Of a DNA stretch of 64,000 bases, positions 1-13,999 are shown piece after piece. The notes under the pieces are model-generated. The model saw nothing but the letters and a program-made list of their open reading frames with translations, was not told the origin of the DNA and searched no databases. Both the position numbers and the translations under genes were made by a program. Source of the DNA: Octopus sinensis (taxonomy: Eukaryota); the NCBI RefSeq assembly GCF_006345805.1, contig NC_043001.1, forward strand, positions 5,022,001-5,086,000, written 5' to 3'. Position 1 is the first letter of the stretch. The number at the start of each line of letters is the position of its first letter.

Positions 1-44
1 CGCGCACGCACACACACTCAAACACACACACTCACACACACACA

Positions 45-101
<57 letters not shown>

Positions 102-342
102 TTCCACCCTAAAATCCGAGCGGAGTTTATCTAATATTTAGATGGCTCCACTACTGGTTGCATATCCTTCACGTTTTGCGAACTACATCACCCAATATTA
201 TTAAGTAATTATGGGCCCATCGGAACAGCTGTCAGACATGTAATAGCATTCCTCTATGCTTTAGTTTTTGTGTCCTTGTATTCTATGTAAATCTGCTCTG
301 TTAATATATAAATACCTATATATTTATGCATGAATATCCATC

Positions 343-622
343 GTTCTATATTTGAGAGACGAGGAATTATGTACATATTTAACATTATTTACACTTGACG
401 GATATTTGTCCTCATCTTGTTTATTGTTTATACAACGTTTCGGCTGATGTAATCTCCAGCTTTCATGATAATAATACTAACATCGGAAAAATACCATAAG
501 AATGAGAACCCAGGTTCGAAATTCCCCGAGGACATCTCATGAAAGTTGGAGAGTACATCATCCGAAACATCGTGTTAACAACAAAAAAGTTGAGGACAAA
601 TATCCGTCAAATGTAAATAATG
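343..622. mobile_element. Head-to-head inverted pair of SINE 3' portions (same family as 55490-55750) carrying HHR relics
   Basis: Arms 383-468 and 537-622 are imperfect reverse complements (cattatttacacttgacggatatttgtcctca... / ...tgaggacaaatatccgtcaaatgtaaataatg). The spacer (aatgagaacccaggttcgaaattcccc) matches the reverse complement of ~55600-55635. Confidence 0.75.
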
Positions 623-2340
623 ACTATCCAACGTTTGAATATTTTCAGGTTTTGTTTTTTTCTCAACATGTATATTTGTATTTATATGTTATATGTGTAG
701 ACCATGGGATTTATTTGTTTATTTGCATCGTTATCTCCATATTTGCTCACCTGGATTCCTTTTATAGTGAAACTTTACATAGCCTACGTACTCCTCGGTA
801 ATATTTTCAGACTGCAAGTTCAAATGTTACGTATTTTCAACACCTCCGGATCTCATATTTTGAGTTTCCTCACACTCTCTCTATTTCTCTCACACTATGT
901 CTATCTCTTTGTATATATGAATATATAATGAGTATATGTGTGAGTGTCTGTGAGTGAGTGTATTGATTATGATAACACGTGATATAGGAATAAGCAAAGT
1001 GCAAAAATGTAGAAAGGTGAGAATCATATTACAATTTTGTTTTTGAAAATAACGAAGTCGAAAACGATGACGCTGTAGTTGATGACAATGACAGATTCAG
1101 TGTCAGCGTTGGTGCCGATGACAACGACATTTGCCGATGGTGTTGCTGGAGCTCGTAATGAGGAGGAACGCATTAATGTAGTGTTTGCATTAGCAGTTTA
1201 AATATGTTTATCACATTACGTTGGAGGATGATAATATAACACAAGAATTAGATGATAATATTGATGTTTGTGAATATTGGTGGTGTGTATATGATGGCAG
1301 TGCAAGTAAAACTAGTGATGTTAATAATGATGACGTCAAATTTAACCGTTTGTGAAAAATCAAATGTATTGAACCGCATATTTATGCTTCACTTGTGACA
1401 TTTTAGGCCAGTAAAATGTAATATATGTGTAATATATTTTTCTTGTTATTTTATTATTTTTCTATTTTGATATTATTTTAGCTGGCTACGAAAGAGGAAA
1501 TATTTAATCTTAGCACTCTACCTGTCAAAAGGACTACTAAAAATTGTCTCTTTTTACTCTATAATTCATCAATGCTTCTTTGGCAATTTTAAGTTGTCAT
1601 TCTTTTCAGCGAATGTATTTCAACTTTAATAAAATTCATTATCGTCCTCTTGAATATAAACTGTTTTTTCTTCTTCCTCTTTCCTTTCTCTTCATTTTTT
1701 TCAATGCTTTATTTTCTTCTGCTTGACCAGGACGTCTATTTACAGAAAATAACAGAATTGCAATAACTGTCAATTCGAGACTCAGTACTTCTAAATCATT
1801 AGCTATTTCTTTTGACATTGCAGTGAATAAACGAAACAACTAGGCAATTTGTATTGATTAAGGGCCAAACGTTATTGGTCATGTACTTGGAATTTATGTA
1901 TTTCGAATAACCGAACTTTTCCTTCTATCACACAATCTTTGCTGCTAATTTCCTATGACTATCTATATCATATGCGTTGGAGTAAATGTAACTTAATGTG
2001 GAGAACGAGGTTTATACAAATAGTTAGCAACATTTTACAGGATCTAATTTTTACAGTTCGATGGAAAAGCAAATTTCCTTGAACAAACTTCATTAACACA
2101 TCAGTTTTACCAAATACATTGTTGCTCACTTCAGGCCTTTTAATAATGCTGCATAGAAAAGTAACTAAATGTATTGTACCTCCTTGTAGTGAGTGATGAT
2201 TATAAAAATTTAATTTGATATGGATGTTTAAATATCTGGCACATTATAAGGTTTATTTTACAATAGCGCATAACCTGATTTATAACCACTTACGTTGCCA
2301 GTATTTTATAACATAGTGTAATAAAAATGTACATATACAT

Positions 2341-2547
<207 letters not shown>

Positions 2548-2731
2548 ATTAGGGCTTAGTAAAATAAATTACTTTGCCACATACTGAACTTAGTAGAAAT
2601 AGCAGCCAAAAATTTTTTTTTTCTCAGCATTTCTACTACTTAAAGAAAATTTCTCTCAGATAATGTTTACTCCAGACAGCTCACAAAGGTTTGGGGGTAA
2701 ATACAGAAAAATATCACAAGTACATAGATCG

Positions 2732-2794
2732 TTTGAGTACGTCAACGTTTCAAGATTAGCCAAATAAAATCAGCATTTCTTTCGTCAGCTCAAA
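2732..2794 (-). ncRNA. Type I hammerhead ribozyme motif, copy 1
   Basis: Minus strand: stem I UUUGAG, core CUGACGA, stem II AAGA...UCUU with extended hairpin, GAA, stem III ACG-UUGA-CGU, A17 (GUA triplet), stem I' CUCAAA. Confidence 0.85.
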
Positions 2795-3299
2795 ATTTCT
2801 TAATTTGGATTTGGAAACTCTAAAAAGAAGGAACTTTACCTATCAGCGAACTTGTCGCTTCAGATGAACCACTCCAACTAAACAGTGTCAACAAATTCAA
2901 AATGCGCAGGCGTAAAATTCTGCACTCCCCATTCCACCCACGTGGTCTATCTAGCAAACATTATATTTTAACCGCGAGAACCGAGGCAGTATGACCGAGA
3001 GAAATGAATTATAATATCAACAATTGGGGGTAAAATTAATTAATTAATCAATTTCACCAAGTGTTCAGTATGTAAAAGGACCATTTAAGGCGAATTCAAA
3101 ATATTACATTATATAATTAGGGCTTAGTAAAATAAATTATTTTGCCACACTCTGAACTTAGTAGAAATAGCAGCCCAAAAACATTTTTTTCTTAGCATTT
3201 CTACTACTTAAAAAAAATTTCTCTCAGATAATGTTTACTCCAGACAGCTCACGAAGGTTTGGGGGTAAATACAGAAAAATATCACAAGCACATAGATCG

Positions 3300-3362
3300 T
3301 TTGAGTACGTCAACGTTTCAAGATTAGCCAAATAAAATCAGCATTTCTTTCGTCAGCTCAAA
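3300..3362 (-). ncRNA. Type I hammerhead ribozyme motif, copy 2
   Basis: Same sequence and fold as 2732-2794. Confidence 0.85.
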
Positions 3363-3528
3363 ATTTTTTTTGGGCTGCTATTTCTACTAAGTTCAGTATG
3401 TGGCAAAGTTATTTATTTTACTAAGCCCTAATTATATAATGTAATATTTTGAATTCGCCTTAAATGGTCCTTTTACATACTGAACACTTGGTGAAATTGA
3501 TTAATTAATTAATTTTACCCTCAATTGT

Positions 3529-3580
<52 letters not shown>

Positions 3581-5732
3581 TATATACATATATACGCATA
3601 CATACATGCATAAATACATACATACAGTGTATAATTAGCAAGCCTTAACTTCTACAGAGATTTACTAAATTGCATTGTGTTTGTGTTTCTTATAATTTCG
3701 TCATTTATATTCTTCGTTGAAGCCAAAGTGAAGTCAAGTCGTTGCTTGATCCAGTCAAAGTGGAAGAGAGGTAAAAGACGTTAAGTTAAATATGTCTCTG
3801 GATCTCAGTGGCAAAAATTGAAAATGCATGAAAATTTTAACAACAAACAAAAAAACATTAAAGAAATTTCGAAAAATCTGAAAAGAAGCTATACTTTAAT
3901 TTTGTGATATAAACATGGACGCAATGTATAACTAGATACCGAAAAATATATATCTATTTTAAATAAAATAAAATAACGCAAACTCTAAGGAAAATTTCCT
4001 AAAACAAGATAAATAAACTAGATTATGTTGCATAGAAATGGTATGTAGGCGAAAAGTGTAGCTCTGTTAGAGAGATAAGTCAATGAATAAATAATAAAGA
4101 CATCAGAATCGAAGAGAAAAATGTAATACGGGTGTGAAATATATAGAGAAATACGAAAAAATTCTAAAGCATGTGATATGCAACAAGAAAGAAAAATATA
4201 GAATTAACGAAGAGTAGCTTTCTTCCCCTTCAAGTTCTTTGCATATCTCTATCAAATTACCATTCCGAAAAGATTCATAAATTTATTTGAAATACCATTT
4301 CATTTTTTATTATTTTAATTTAAATTTAAATCATTTCATATCCCTTCAAGGTACAATAACCTTTCGCCACGTTTCTGTTTTTTTTTTATTTTTTTCTTTG
4401 ACTATATTTCTTAACCTCTCAAGAAAAATTAGCATTTTTTTTTTATCAATGCAATTTAGAAATGAATTAATGGAAGCACCGTAATTTTAGACGATTACAT
4501 TTTAACATTTCAATGTTTTATTTTATTTTTGAAAATCTCATCATCAAGAATTCATTTAAAAATAGTTCTCAAGTTATTTACATTCACACACGGGAATATT
4601 TCTGATTGTAAACATTTCAACATTACATTGGAGAACGGAAAAAACTCAAACATAAAGAAGAAGCAAAAACTAGTTGAAGAGCTCACTTTTATATGATTCT
4701 TTACTTTTACGTTTCCATATGTTCAATAATCTTTTGTTGGCCAATCAGTTTGAAAAGATACCTTCTAAGATTCTCTTTGTTAGTTGAAGGTATTTCACTT
4801 GATGGATATTATTCAATATGTGTAGAAAAAGTAAATATATATTTGAAATGATATGAAGGGAAATATAATTAACAGCTCAGCAGTAATATCGACTCCATAA
4901 AATCAACAACATTGATAACACTAACACCATTCTTCCTCGGCCTATAACAAACATCATTCTTCTGGTTAACATACACGTACTCGTGATTTTTCATCAAATT
5001 ATTTAGTTCGCCACAAATTGATGATTCATTAAGTTTATAATATTTTCCTTCAGACTGCAGAAACTTGCCAATTATATATGTTCTTCCTCATGTTGTTTTA
5101 TGTCCACATTGTTTTCATCGAAGGATAGCTTCAGTATTTTACGACAAAGAGTTTGTTTTAAACTCTAAATCATATTTTCTATATTTCTGCAGAAAGAAGT
5201 AAGGTTTACCTAATCTGGGGAGTATATTTGCACAATTCTTCTAAACTCATAGTGAAGGCGATAGCGAAGAAGGACAAGAACTATTGGATACTCTCGAGTA
5301 AATATGAAGAAATTCATCTGAGCATGAACTGAACGTAGTCTTCACGGATATTGAACTTGCCGGTTCTATCAATGATCTGAATTGAAAATACAATAAAAGT
5401 AATACTCTTTGAATGGTTGAAGTAGTCTACCATTTTAGGGTTTCAGATTAACATATATGATATATTATTCCATTGCATAATATATGCCCTCCTATTTGTA
5501 GTTTTACACACTTGATCCACCGTTTTTCTAAATGTATTTGCTACGTGATCCGTGCATGTACACATATGCTGAGAGATATGTGGTTTTGTAGAGGTTTACT
5601 CTTCTTTCAAGAAAACAGGTACATATTATACCCCGATTCTTAATATATATTTTGCATAATTGGATTATGTTTGCTGGCCAATATATCATTATTTTAAAAA
5701 AGATAATGATAGCTTAACAGAAGTTTGAATTC

Positions 5733-5833
<101 letters not shown>

Positions 5834-5942
5834 TTACGGAGATGTACTTGCATAGCAAATTATGTGATCCGAGATCGTGTGCTGAAACGAAAACAATTGC
5901 AGCGTGGAAGGTGTTTGTAAGCCATTTAAGAAACACACTGCA

Positions 5943-6016
<74 letters not shown>

Positions 6017-6030
6017 ATATATATAACATA

Positions 6031-7180
6031 CACCTGGTTTGGCTCCTTTCTCGGCAATGACACCGCCTTCGACAAAAAAAGTGGGAATTATCTATTTTGT
6101 TGTCAGTTGCAGTAGACGTCTGCTAAGTGGCCAGCAAAGAATTCTGGTATTGAACTGTAAAGCTCGTAGTGCAGACCATCCAGACCCGGTGATCTGCTTC
6201 TTATGCAGCTTTTCGTCGTCGCTTCCTGTACTTTCCAGGTTGTTATCGGTCTTTCGCAACACTCCGCCTGGCTGACCCAGAGTTGTGGAAAAGCATCTAG
6301 GTACACACCGAAATATCTCCCGTTACCCGTCCTACCACTCGTCCCTAAAATTCGATCAAAGTGCTGTTGAAAGGCCGCACATATCTGCTTCGGTTCAAAT
6401 TATCTCACACACATTCTGGTCCACCGAAGGCCGAATGATGACTTTATTGCCACGTTTCACCCCAAACAAATGAGTCCATCGGGCGGCCTTACACCCCTCC
6501 TCGTTTTGTGAAAATGCCTTAGCTCTAACAACGCAGCCTTCGTGTTTGGTGTTCAAAAATTTGTCTAGAGCCAACCTCGCCGCGAACACGTTGGTTGCGA
6601 TGTCTGTCCTAAGCCCCTCATTTAATTTTGTAACTAAATCTCCATCTATTCTGTTTCTCTCTACCGCTAAATCCTATGCAAACCTAATCGATTCTACTCT
6701 TATTGCCCTTTTAAAAGTAAACTACAGTTGTTGTTGACAAATGTCCCTATCAAAGCCTGCTTAGCTAATTCACTAACGCGGTCTGTTTAAGCATGGCACG
6801 CCAGTAACGACGTGTTCAGCTTGCAGTAACCGGGAACTGTCTATGGAGCCTATTTAAGTCAACTGTACAGATCAAGAATGTGTGGTCTGTGTAGCCGACA
6901 ATGTGAAATTGCAGACTACCCACACTATCCTTATCCGATGGCCTAGAAAATAGTTTCTAAATACAATCTAGATGGCCCGATGAGATTTGTCCAAGTCCAC
7001 ATTCCGGCTATCTAGTCGGTGGCTGTCAGACACTTGGAAACGTCTGAGCAGGTTTGTGAAGATTTTGCATCCACCTCCACGCGATTGAAACGTCCATCTA
7101 AGACAGAGTTCCAATCCCCTACTATTACTCAAACACTAGGCGTGAGAAAAACCTCCAAAAGTTTGAAGTGATCCGGTCGC
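6031..7180 (-). mobile_element. Decayed L1/Tx1-clade LINE fragment (end of APE endonuclease, linker, start of RT)
   Basis: Minus-strand translations include WTWTN (APE C-terminal region), KHEGCVVRAK, SPGLDGLHYELY (RT domain 0) and YCN*QQNR*IPTFF..AVSLPRKEPN. Multiple stops and frameshifts. Confidence 0.8.
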
Positions 7181-7252
7181 CATGTCCCAGTCCATATAAT
7201 CGACTACACCCTCCCACAAAATTTCAGGCCTTGTGCCTAAAATAGAAGGAAC

Positions 7253-7305
<53 letters not shown>

Positions 7306-7348
7306 TATTATTATTATTATTATCATTATTATTATCATTATTATTATT
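7253..7348. repeat. (ATT)n microsatellite
   Basis: Direct. Confidence 0.97.
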
Positions 7349-7771
<423 letters not shown>

Positions 7772-9251
7772 AGAGAGGAGATTCGCAAAGAAAAAATACA
7801 ACTTCACAAAAGGAGACGGACATGTTTCTTCCAGTAATGTAAACATCAATGCACTGTTGTATGATGGGTAATTTAATTAACATAACATAAATGAAAGTGT
7901 CGACAGGTTTAGTTAACTTTGTCAAAGTTCTGTCTCAGAGATGATTGTCTCGATGCATTTGATTGGTTTATGTATATAATCGCAAAATTAATTTACATAA
8001 TTTATGTTAAATATTATAGAATGTTCTCTTTTACAGATGTACATAACAATATGAGTGTGGCTATGTGAATGTGTGTGTGTGTGTATGAGGGAGGTGGGGA
8101 TATATGTGGTGGTGTGTTGACATCGAGAATATTACTGAAATAGCTGTTTATCTTGAGAAAATTCTTTGGGCGACTTATTTAGAAAAAGCGAAACGAATCA
8201 TGACAATGGTAAGAAAAAAACGACAGAGATTCTACTGAAGAACAATGAACTGTTTATCTGGATATCACGAGCTACACATGAGCTTTGAATTAAAATGTTA
8301 TCTATTCAATGGAATATTGTATAGCGTATTATTTATATTTCATTGCTTTGGTTTTAGATCAGAACATAGATTTCATTTACAGAACAGAACAAATCACTCA
8401 CTGCTAAATTTAATATAGAATTATTTGTTATTTAATTAGGTTTTTAAATGAGGTATGTATTATATATTTATACATATATACTTATAAATACACACACACA
8501 CACACGTACTTATTTATATAGATGCATACATATATACATACAAACACACAGTTCTGTACATATAACTCTATATCTCGCCATTTTAGGTAGAACAATATTT
8601 AGGTGACGAAATGTGTAATTATGAAACGGTTTAATATGTATTACAAATTGACACCAGCTATTCTTGAATTGTTACATTTAGAGACGAAATAATACTTGTA
8701 TGGAAAGAAGTTAATTCCTAATGATCGTTTGGTCACAGGACCAAATTCTGGGCCGTGCGCCTGAAATCTCCTTGACACGCAATGGAATTGATCTTCACGA
8801 GTCCCTCTTTCTCTTTCTCCATCAGCTCCCTCTTTTTTTTTTCTCTCTCTCTCTCCCTCTCTGCTTTTGTTCTAGCTATGTGGGAGTTGAGATCTCTTCG
8901 AGTCACACTTCAATTGTTATCATTCACCACTCAATAAAAAAAAAAATGTAACAGCCAATAGCTGCTTGTTTATTTTCAATGTTTTGTACCCTGAAATGAT
9001 AATAGCCGCAGAGGTGGCGACGAAATGAAGAGGTTACTTCTCAGCGACGCTGTTCTATTTACTGTCCCACTACATAGAACCTACGGCAAGTGTCCTTCAC
9101 TATTGCTTCGGGCCGACGAAGCTCTTGTGAACGGCTTTGTGAGAGAGAAATGGAAAGATGTCCGTCGTGCAAATACATACATACCATATATATATATATA
9201 TTATATATATATTATATATATAATATATATATATAATATATTATATATATT

Positions 9252-9654
9252 CTTTTACTCTTTTACTTCTTTCAGTAATTTGACTACGGCCATGTTGGAG
9301 CACCGCCTTTAATCGCTTACATCGACCCATTAACGTCTTCTTTGTAAGCCTAGTACTTATTTTATCGGTATCTTTAAACGAACGGCTAAGTGACGGAGAT
9401 GCAATCGCACCGGCATCAGTTTTCAAGCGATGTTGGCGGACAGACACACACAAACATATACACACAAGCACACACACAAACTCACACACATATTTACATA
9501 AACGCGATGTCTTCGTTCAGCTTCCGTCTAACAAATCCCTCACAATGCCCATGGTTATAGTATAAGACACTTGCTCAAGGTACAACGCAGTGGGACTAAA
9601 CCCAGAACTGGTTGGTAAGCAAGCTACTCGCCATGCAGCCACGCCTACGCCTAT
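9252..9654 (-). mobile_element. tRNA-derived SINE, family 'B' (bipartite, internal CA/TA tract)
   Basis: Homologous to 40223-40661, 40942-41348 and 53841-54254 (ggccatgctggagcaccgcc...gacacttgcccaagg...gggactgaaccc). tRNA-like head at the right end on the minus strand. Confidence 0.85.
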
Positions 9655-9665
9655 ATACATACATA

Positions 9666-9879
9666 TTTTATTATTGGCCACAAGAGGCTAAACATAGAGG
9701 GGGCAAACAAAGGGATTATGTCGAGTACATCGATCCCACTGCGTAACTGGTACTTATTTAATAGACCCCGAAAGGATGGAAGGCTAAGTCGACATCGGAA
9801 TTTGAACTCAGAACATAGCGGCAGACGAAATACCGCTAAGAATTTCGCCCGGCTAACGATTCCGCCAGCTCGTCACCTT
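9666..9879 (-). mobile_element. tRNA-derived SINE, family 'A'
   Basis: Contains ggaatttgaactcagaac...gaaataccgctaag; homologous to 16527-16765, 35330, 58378 and 62004. Confidence 0.85.
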
Positions 9880-9900
9880 ACATACATACATACGTACATA

Positions 9901-9943
<43 letters not shown>

Positions 9944-9946
9944 TAT

Positions 9947-9979
<33 letters not shown>

Positions 9980-11394
9980 TGTGTGGTGTGTGTGTGTATG
10001 TGTGTGTATTTATGTGTGTGTAGATGTATACATACATACATATGTATATATATATATATATGTACATATATATATATATATGTATATATATGTATATGTA
10101 TGTATATACATATATACAATACATACATGTGTGTGTGTGTTCCACCACCGCTTTACAATATATGTTGGTGTTTTACGTACGCGTGATGTAAAGGTTCGGT
10201 CAAAGAGACTTACAAATTAAGCTTACAAACAAGCATGGGTCGCAGTCTAATGACTGAGGCAAGTAAACGACGATTTCAATGTTGTTTTATAAATGAAAAC
10301 TGTCTTAAATAATATTGAAGGTGTCATTTCTCCCGAAATGGAGAAGAGTTGAACAAGGGACAAACATTTCAAACAGGAATATCTTCGGGGAAAATCAGAT
10401 GCCTTATAAATCATAGAACATCTTACAAATGTGATGATACCATCTCCCCATGCTAATTTCCGGGGATATTTTTCGTTTTGAAACTGATTAAATAGAAACG
10501 ATCAGTTAATTCTTTATTAATTCCATATGTCGAATGACACCTTACGATTTGGGATTTGACATTGGCTAATTAAGGTATGTACTATGTTGATTTAGTTATC
10601 GGAACACAACAAAAAGAAGGTCAATTTAACTGCACACATGTCATCTGTATTTCAATTAACTACTGCCCTACTATTAATTATATACTCATCTATTTAAGCA
10701 GCGAGTAATTCGCTAATTCCTCCGCTGATCCTCTTCGATACATGTCTTCAAGAATATAGTGTTCTATTCTTAAACCGGTTCTGTATGATTGAGTGTAGAT
10801 TGAGCTGCAGTTTCTATTAGTTCCGAATTAGCTGATATTGAAACAGACTTCAGTAGCAATACGTAGATTCGATTGTTTATGTGCAACATTAGAAGTGAAC
10901 AATATTTCAAGTCATCAAACTTTTTGATTGATTAGATTTTATTGTTGAGATAGAAAATTTTGATGTATTCCATTATTTCGTTGAGACAGAATTCGTTTTA
11001 AATTAGACACAGAATCTTCCATGTTATTTGAATAAATCGAAAATGGCTATCAATATTTAATGGGATGAAAATGCGGTTTTCTTAATTCTACTTTATCTTT
11101 TCATTCATTACACTGCAGTCATGGTAAGACCCCGCCCCAATAGAAGTTTTAGCCGAATGAATTCTATTCACTACTTATTTTAAGCCAGGTACTTCACTAT
11201 CAATTTTTTTTTTGGCGAACAGCAAACGTACGGGCCGTAAATACACCAACACCTGTTTCCATGAGCTGATGCGGGTAAATAAAACACACACATACATTCA
11301 TGCTACATACATACATACACGTATATTTACATATACTTAGACACACACACACACGCATATATATATATATAGATATATATATATATATTATATA

Positions 11395-11458
<64 letters not shown>

Positions 11459-12836
11459 CATTCATACATACATGTGTGTGTGTTTGTGTGCGTGCGTGTG
11501 TATATATGTATCTATGCCCCTAATTTATGACAAAATCACTTGGCCACGGAAGCACACAGGTTTAGGCTTGGAAGCGATCACCACATCGCCACGTTTACGT
11601 TTGCATGTGTATTCATTAGCGCTTGATTGATTGGGGCAATGTGTTAAACGATTATGTTGTGAAATATGTGAAAGATATCGGATATCGCATGATCATGAGT
11701 TGAATAATCGGGCTTAAATCAAAGTAGTGAGTTCCGCTTGAAGCGTCGCTTTCTTCAAACTGCAGACCTACTTTGAGCAACAGAAGCAGACCGAATTCTT
11801 CTAAGTCAACACACTTGTTTTAACCGATTCTTGGGTTCTGCTCTGATAACGCAAAAAATGTTGAATGTAATAATATATTAAAATTATCATCACACAAGCA
11901 TTACCATTTTGCTAGAAAATAACTCATATACTAATAGTAATAATATTAAATGAGCTCAGAGCAGTTTTGTTCCAGCTGAGTAACAACATGAAGAGAGATA
12001 TAAGCACAATATAAGAGCTAAGATTAGAAACATCTACAACATCCTAAATGAAGAATAGTTATTGCAGCTGTCATTTGGAATGTCTTTAATAGAATATAAA
12101 ATGATAGGAAGTAGGTTTATTAATGGAAGCGCTTTTTTTTTTTTTTTAGTATCTTCTAAATACATAATTCCCTTACTTTGGAATGCACTATCATAAATCC
12201 AATATATATTAACCTAATAATATCTATAAATGAAATAATGATTCAAGTGAAATTAGAAAATTCGATAAGCAATGAGGTAGTTCGGTAGAAGATTTTCGTC
12301 TCTATCTAATAAACCTTCATTTCAGCTGCAACATTCCTTCCAAATCTGGTTAGTCTTAAAGTAAAGTGAATGATACCAGCACGTTTAGGCTTCCAGAGAA
12401 AATATAAAAGTCTTTTCCGAATGCATTATGGTGACGAAGAAAAGAATGTGTTTTATTTTCTTAAAGCAAAACATAAATGATTGTTAAAGACCAATAAAAG
12501 GGATATATTTCTTCTAGTAGTCTGAAGAACTAGAAATAATGAGACGAAATGTGACAACATATGCCAAAGTATTTTAATAGGAAATCTGAAAATGTTTCAA
12601 AAATTTTTTAAGTTAGAGTGTGGAACACTTTATAACGGAGTGACAAAATATCTTTCTGTTTCAAAAAATAGTAAAGCTGAAGGCGACATGTTCTTCTGCT
12701 AATCGGCGGTTTGTTATATGCTACGAGTATATAACCAGACACCACAAATGAAACACATATATTTATGCACATATTGCATGCGAGTTTGTGTGTGTGTGTG
12801 TGTGTTTGTGTGTGTATTGTGTGCATTGGTGTATTG

Positions 12837-12998
12837 GTGCAGGAGTGGGTGTATAGTAAGAAGCTGCCTTACTGATCATATACTTCCAGGTTCGATTCCT
12901 CTGCATGGTAACTTGGGCAAGTGTCTTGTGGTATAGCTTCGGGTCGACCAAAGCCTTGTTAGTGGATCTGGTAGACAGAAACAGAAAGAAAACTGTCG

Positions 12999-12999
<1 letters not shown>
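12837..12999 (+). mobile_element. SINE family B 5' half (tRNA-like head)
   Basis: ggtgcaggagtgggtgtatagtaag...ggttcgattcc...gggcaagtgtctt...ccaaagccttgttagtggatctggtagac. Confidence 0.8.
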
Positions 13000-13033
<34 letters not shown>

Positions 13034-13999
13034 TGTGTGTGTGTGTGTGTGTGTGTATGTGTGTGTGTGTGTATGAGTGTGTGTCTGTGTGTATGTATGT
13101 ATGTATGTGTATGTATGAGCGTCTGCGTGCGAATGTATATGCCTGGAACAATGTGTGCGTGTGTTGATACTGTGTGTGCAGGTCCGACCGTGCGCACTCA
13201 TGAATGTACAAGGATGCGAAACGGATTTGTAGATATCTACGTGTATATTTGCATGAGCTAGTCGTTTTCACTTTTGTGATCCTATTCTGTTCCCTCCACA
13301 TATCTTCCTACGCCAATTGTTACAAGCTCACATACTCACCAATCTACCTACACATCCAGCGTGTAAGTACCTACCTCAATACCTTCTTAGCTGTCTATCC
13401 ACACCGACGCATAGAAGTCTGAATGATGCGTGGGTGGTAACAGTAAAGATAACGCGTCGCTTAAATGAAAGAGTACAATACTGAATAAAAGAGTTCCCTT
13501 GTGATAAGACACCTTATCTGAAATTCTGCTAAAATGCGAATTGAAATTTCCCTTTTGGAGAAAAGAAAGTTGAAGAATATTTTAGGGACTCGCAGAGAGG
13601 AGGGAGATAACTTGAAGAAATTACGAACTTAAGATCTTATAATGAATTGACACCGTAACTGGAATCCTGCTTCTCATAATATAGAAACATTTCTTATGGC
13701 ACCATCAGGTAAAATGGAAAAGGCGCTGCCCCGGCGGAAAGCGCCCATAATGCGTTGGAACTCACGGCGACCGCACTTGCCGTAAGCCATATCCGCCCCT
13801 GAATAGCGGTGAGCAGGAACGAAAGGAACGAATAATGTGTTATACCATCTGGCCTTTTATTGTCTGCGCGGTTATGACCAGCAGCCCCGTACTGGAAAGG
13901 GGAGCCTGCAGCATCTAGGCCATGGCTTATGTTCTTCTTATAGGCAGCTTGGCGTGGAGGGCGGCCAGCACAAAGACAGCATGAGAGTAGGTGGTAGCC

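Larger units (their letters stand above)
2541..3534 (-). mobile_element. Non-autonomous HHR-bearing element (retrozyme-/Penelope-terminal-repeat-like): direct repeat with 568-bp period plus inverted terminal arm, embedded in (TA)n
   Basis: 2541-2798 recurs at 3109-3366 with only a few substitutions. 3367-3534 is the reverse complement of 3014-3181. (TA)n lies on both flanks, and each direct repeat contains an HHR. Confidence 0.8.

Noticed and set aside
1560-2300. Possible decayed coding region on the minus strand
   Set aside because: Frequent stops and no recognisable motif; I could not support a call.
8805-8950. Polypyrimidine tract + AG followed by AATAAA (possible terminal exon)
   Set aside because: The tract is a CT microsatellite and there is no other support.
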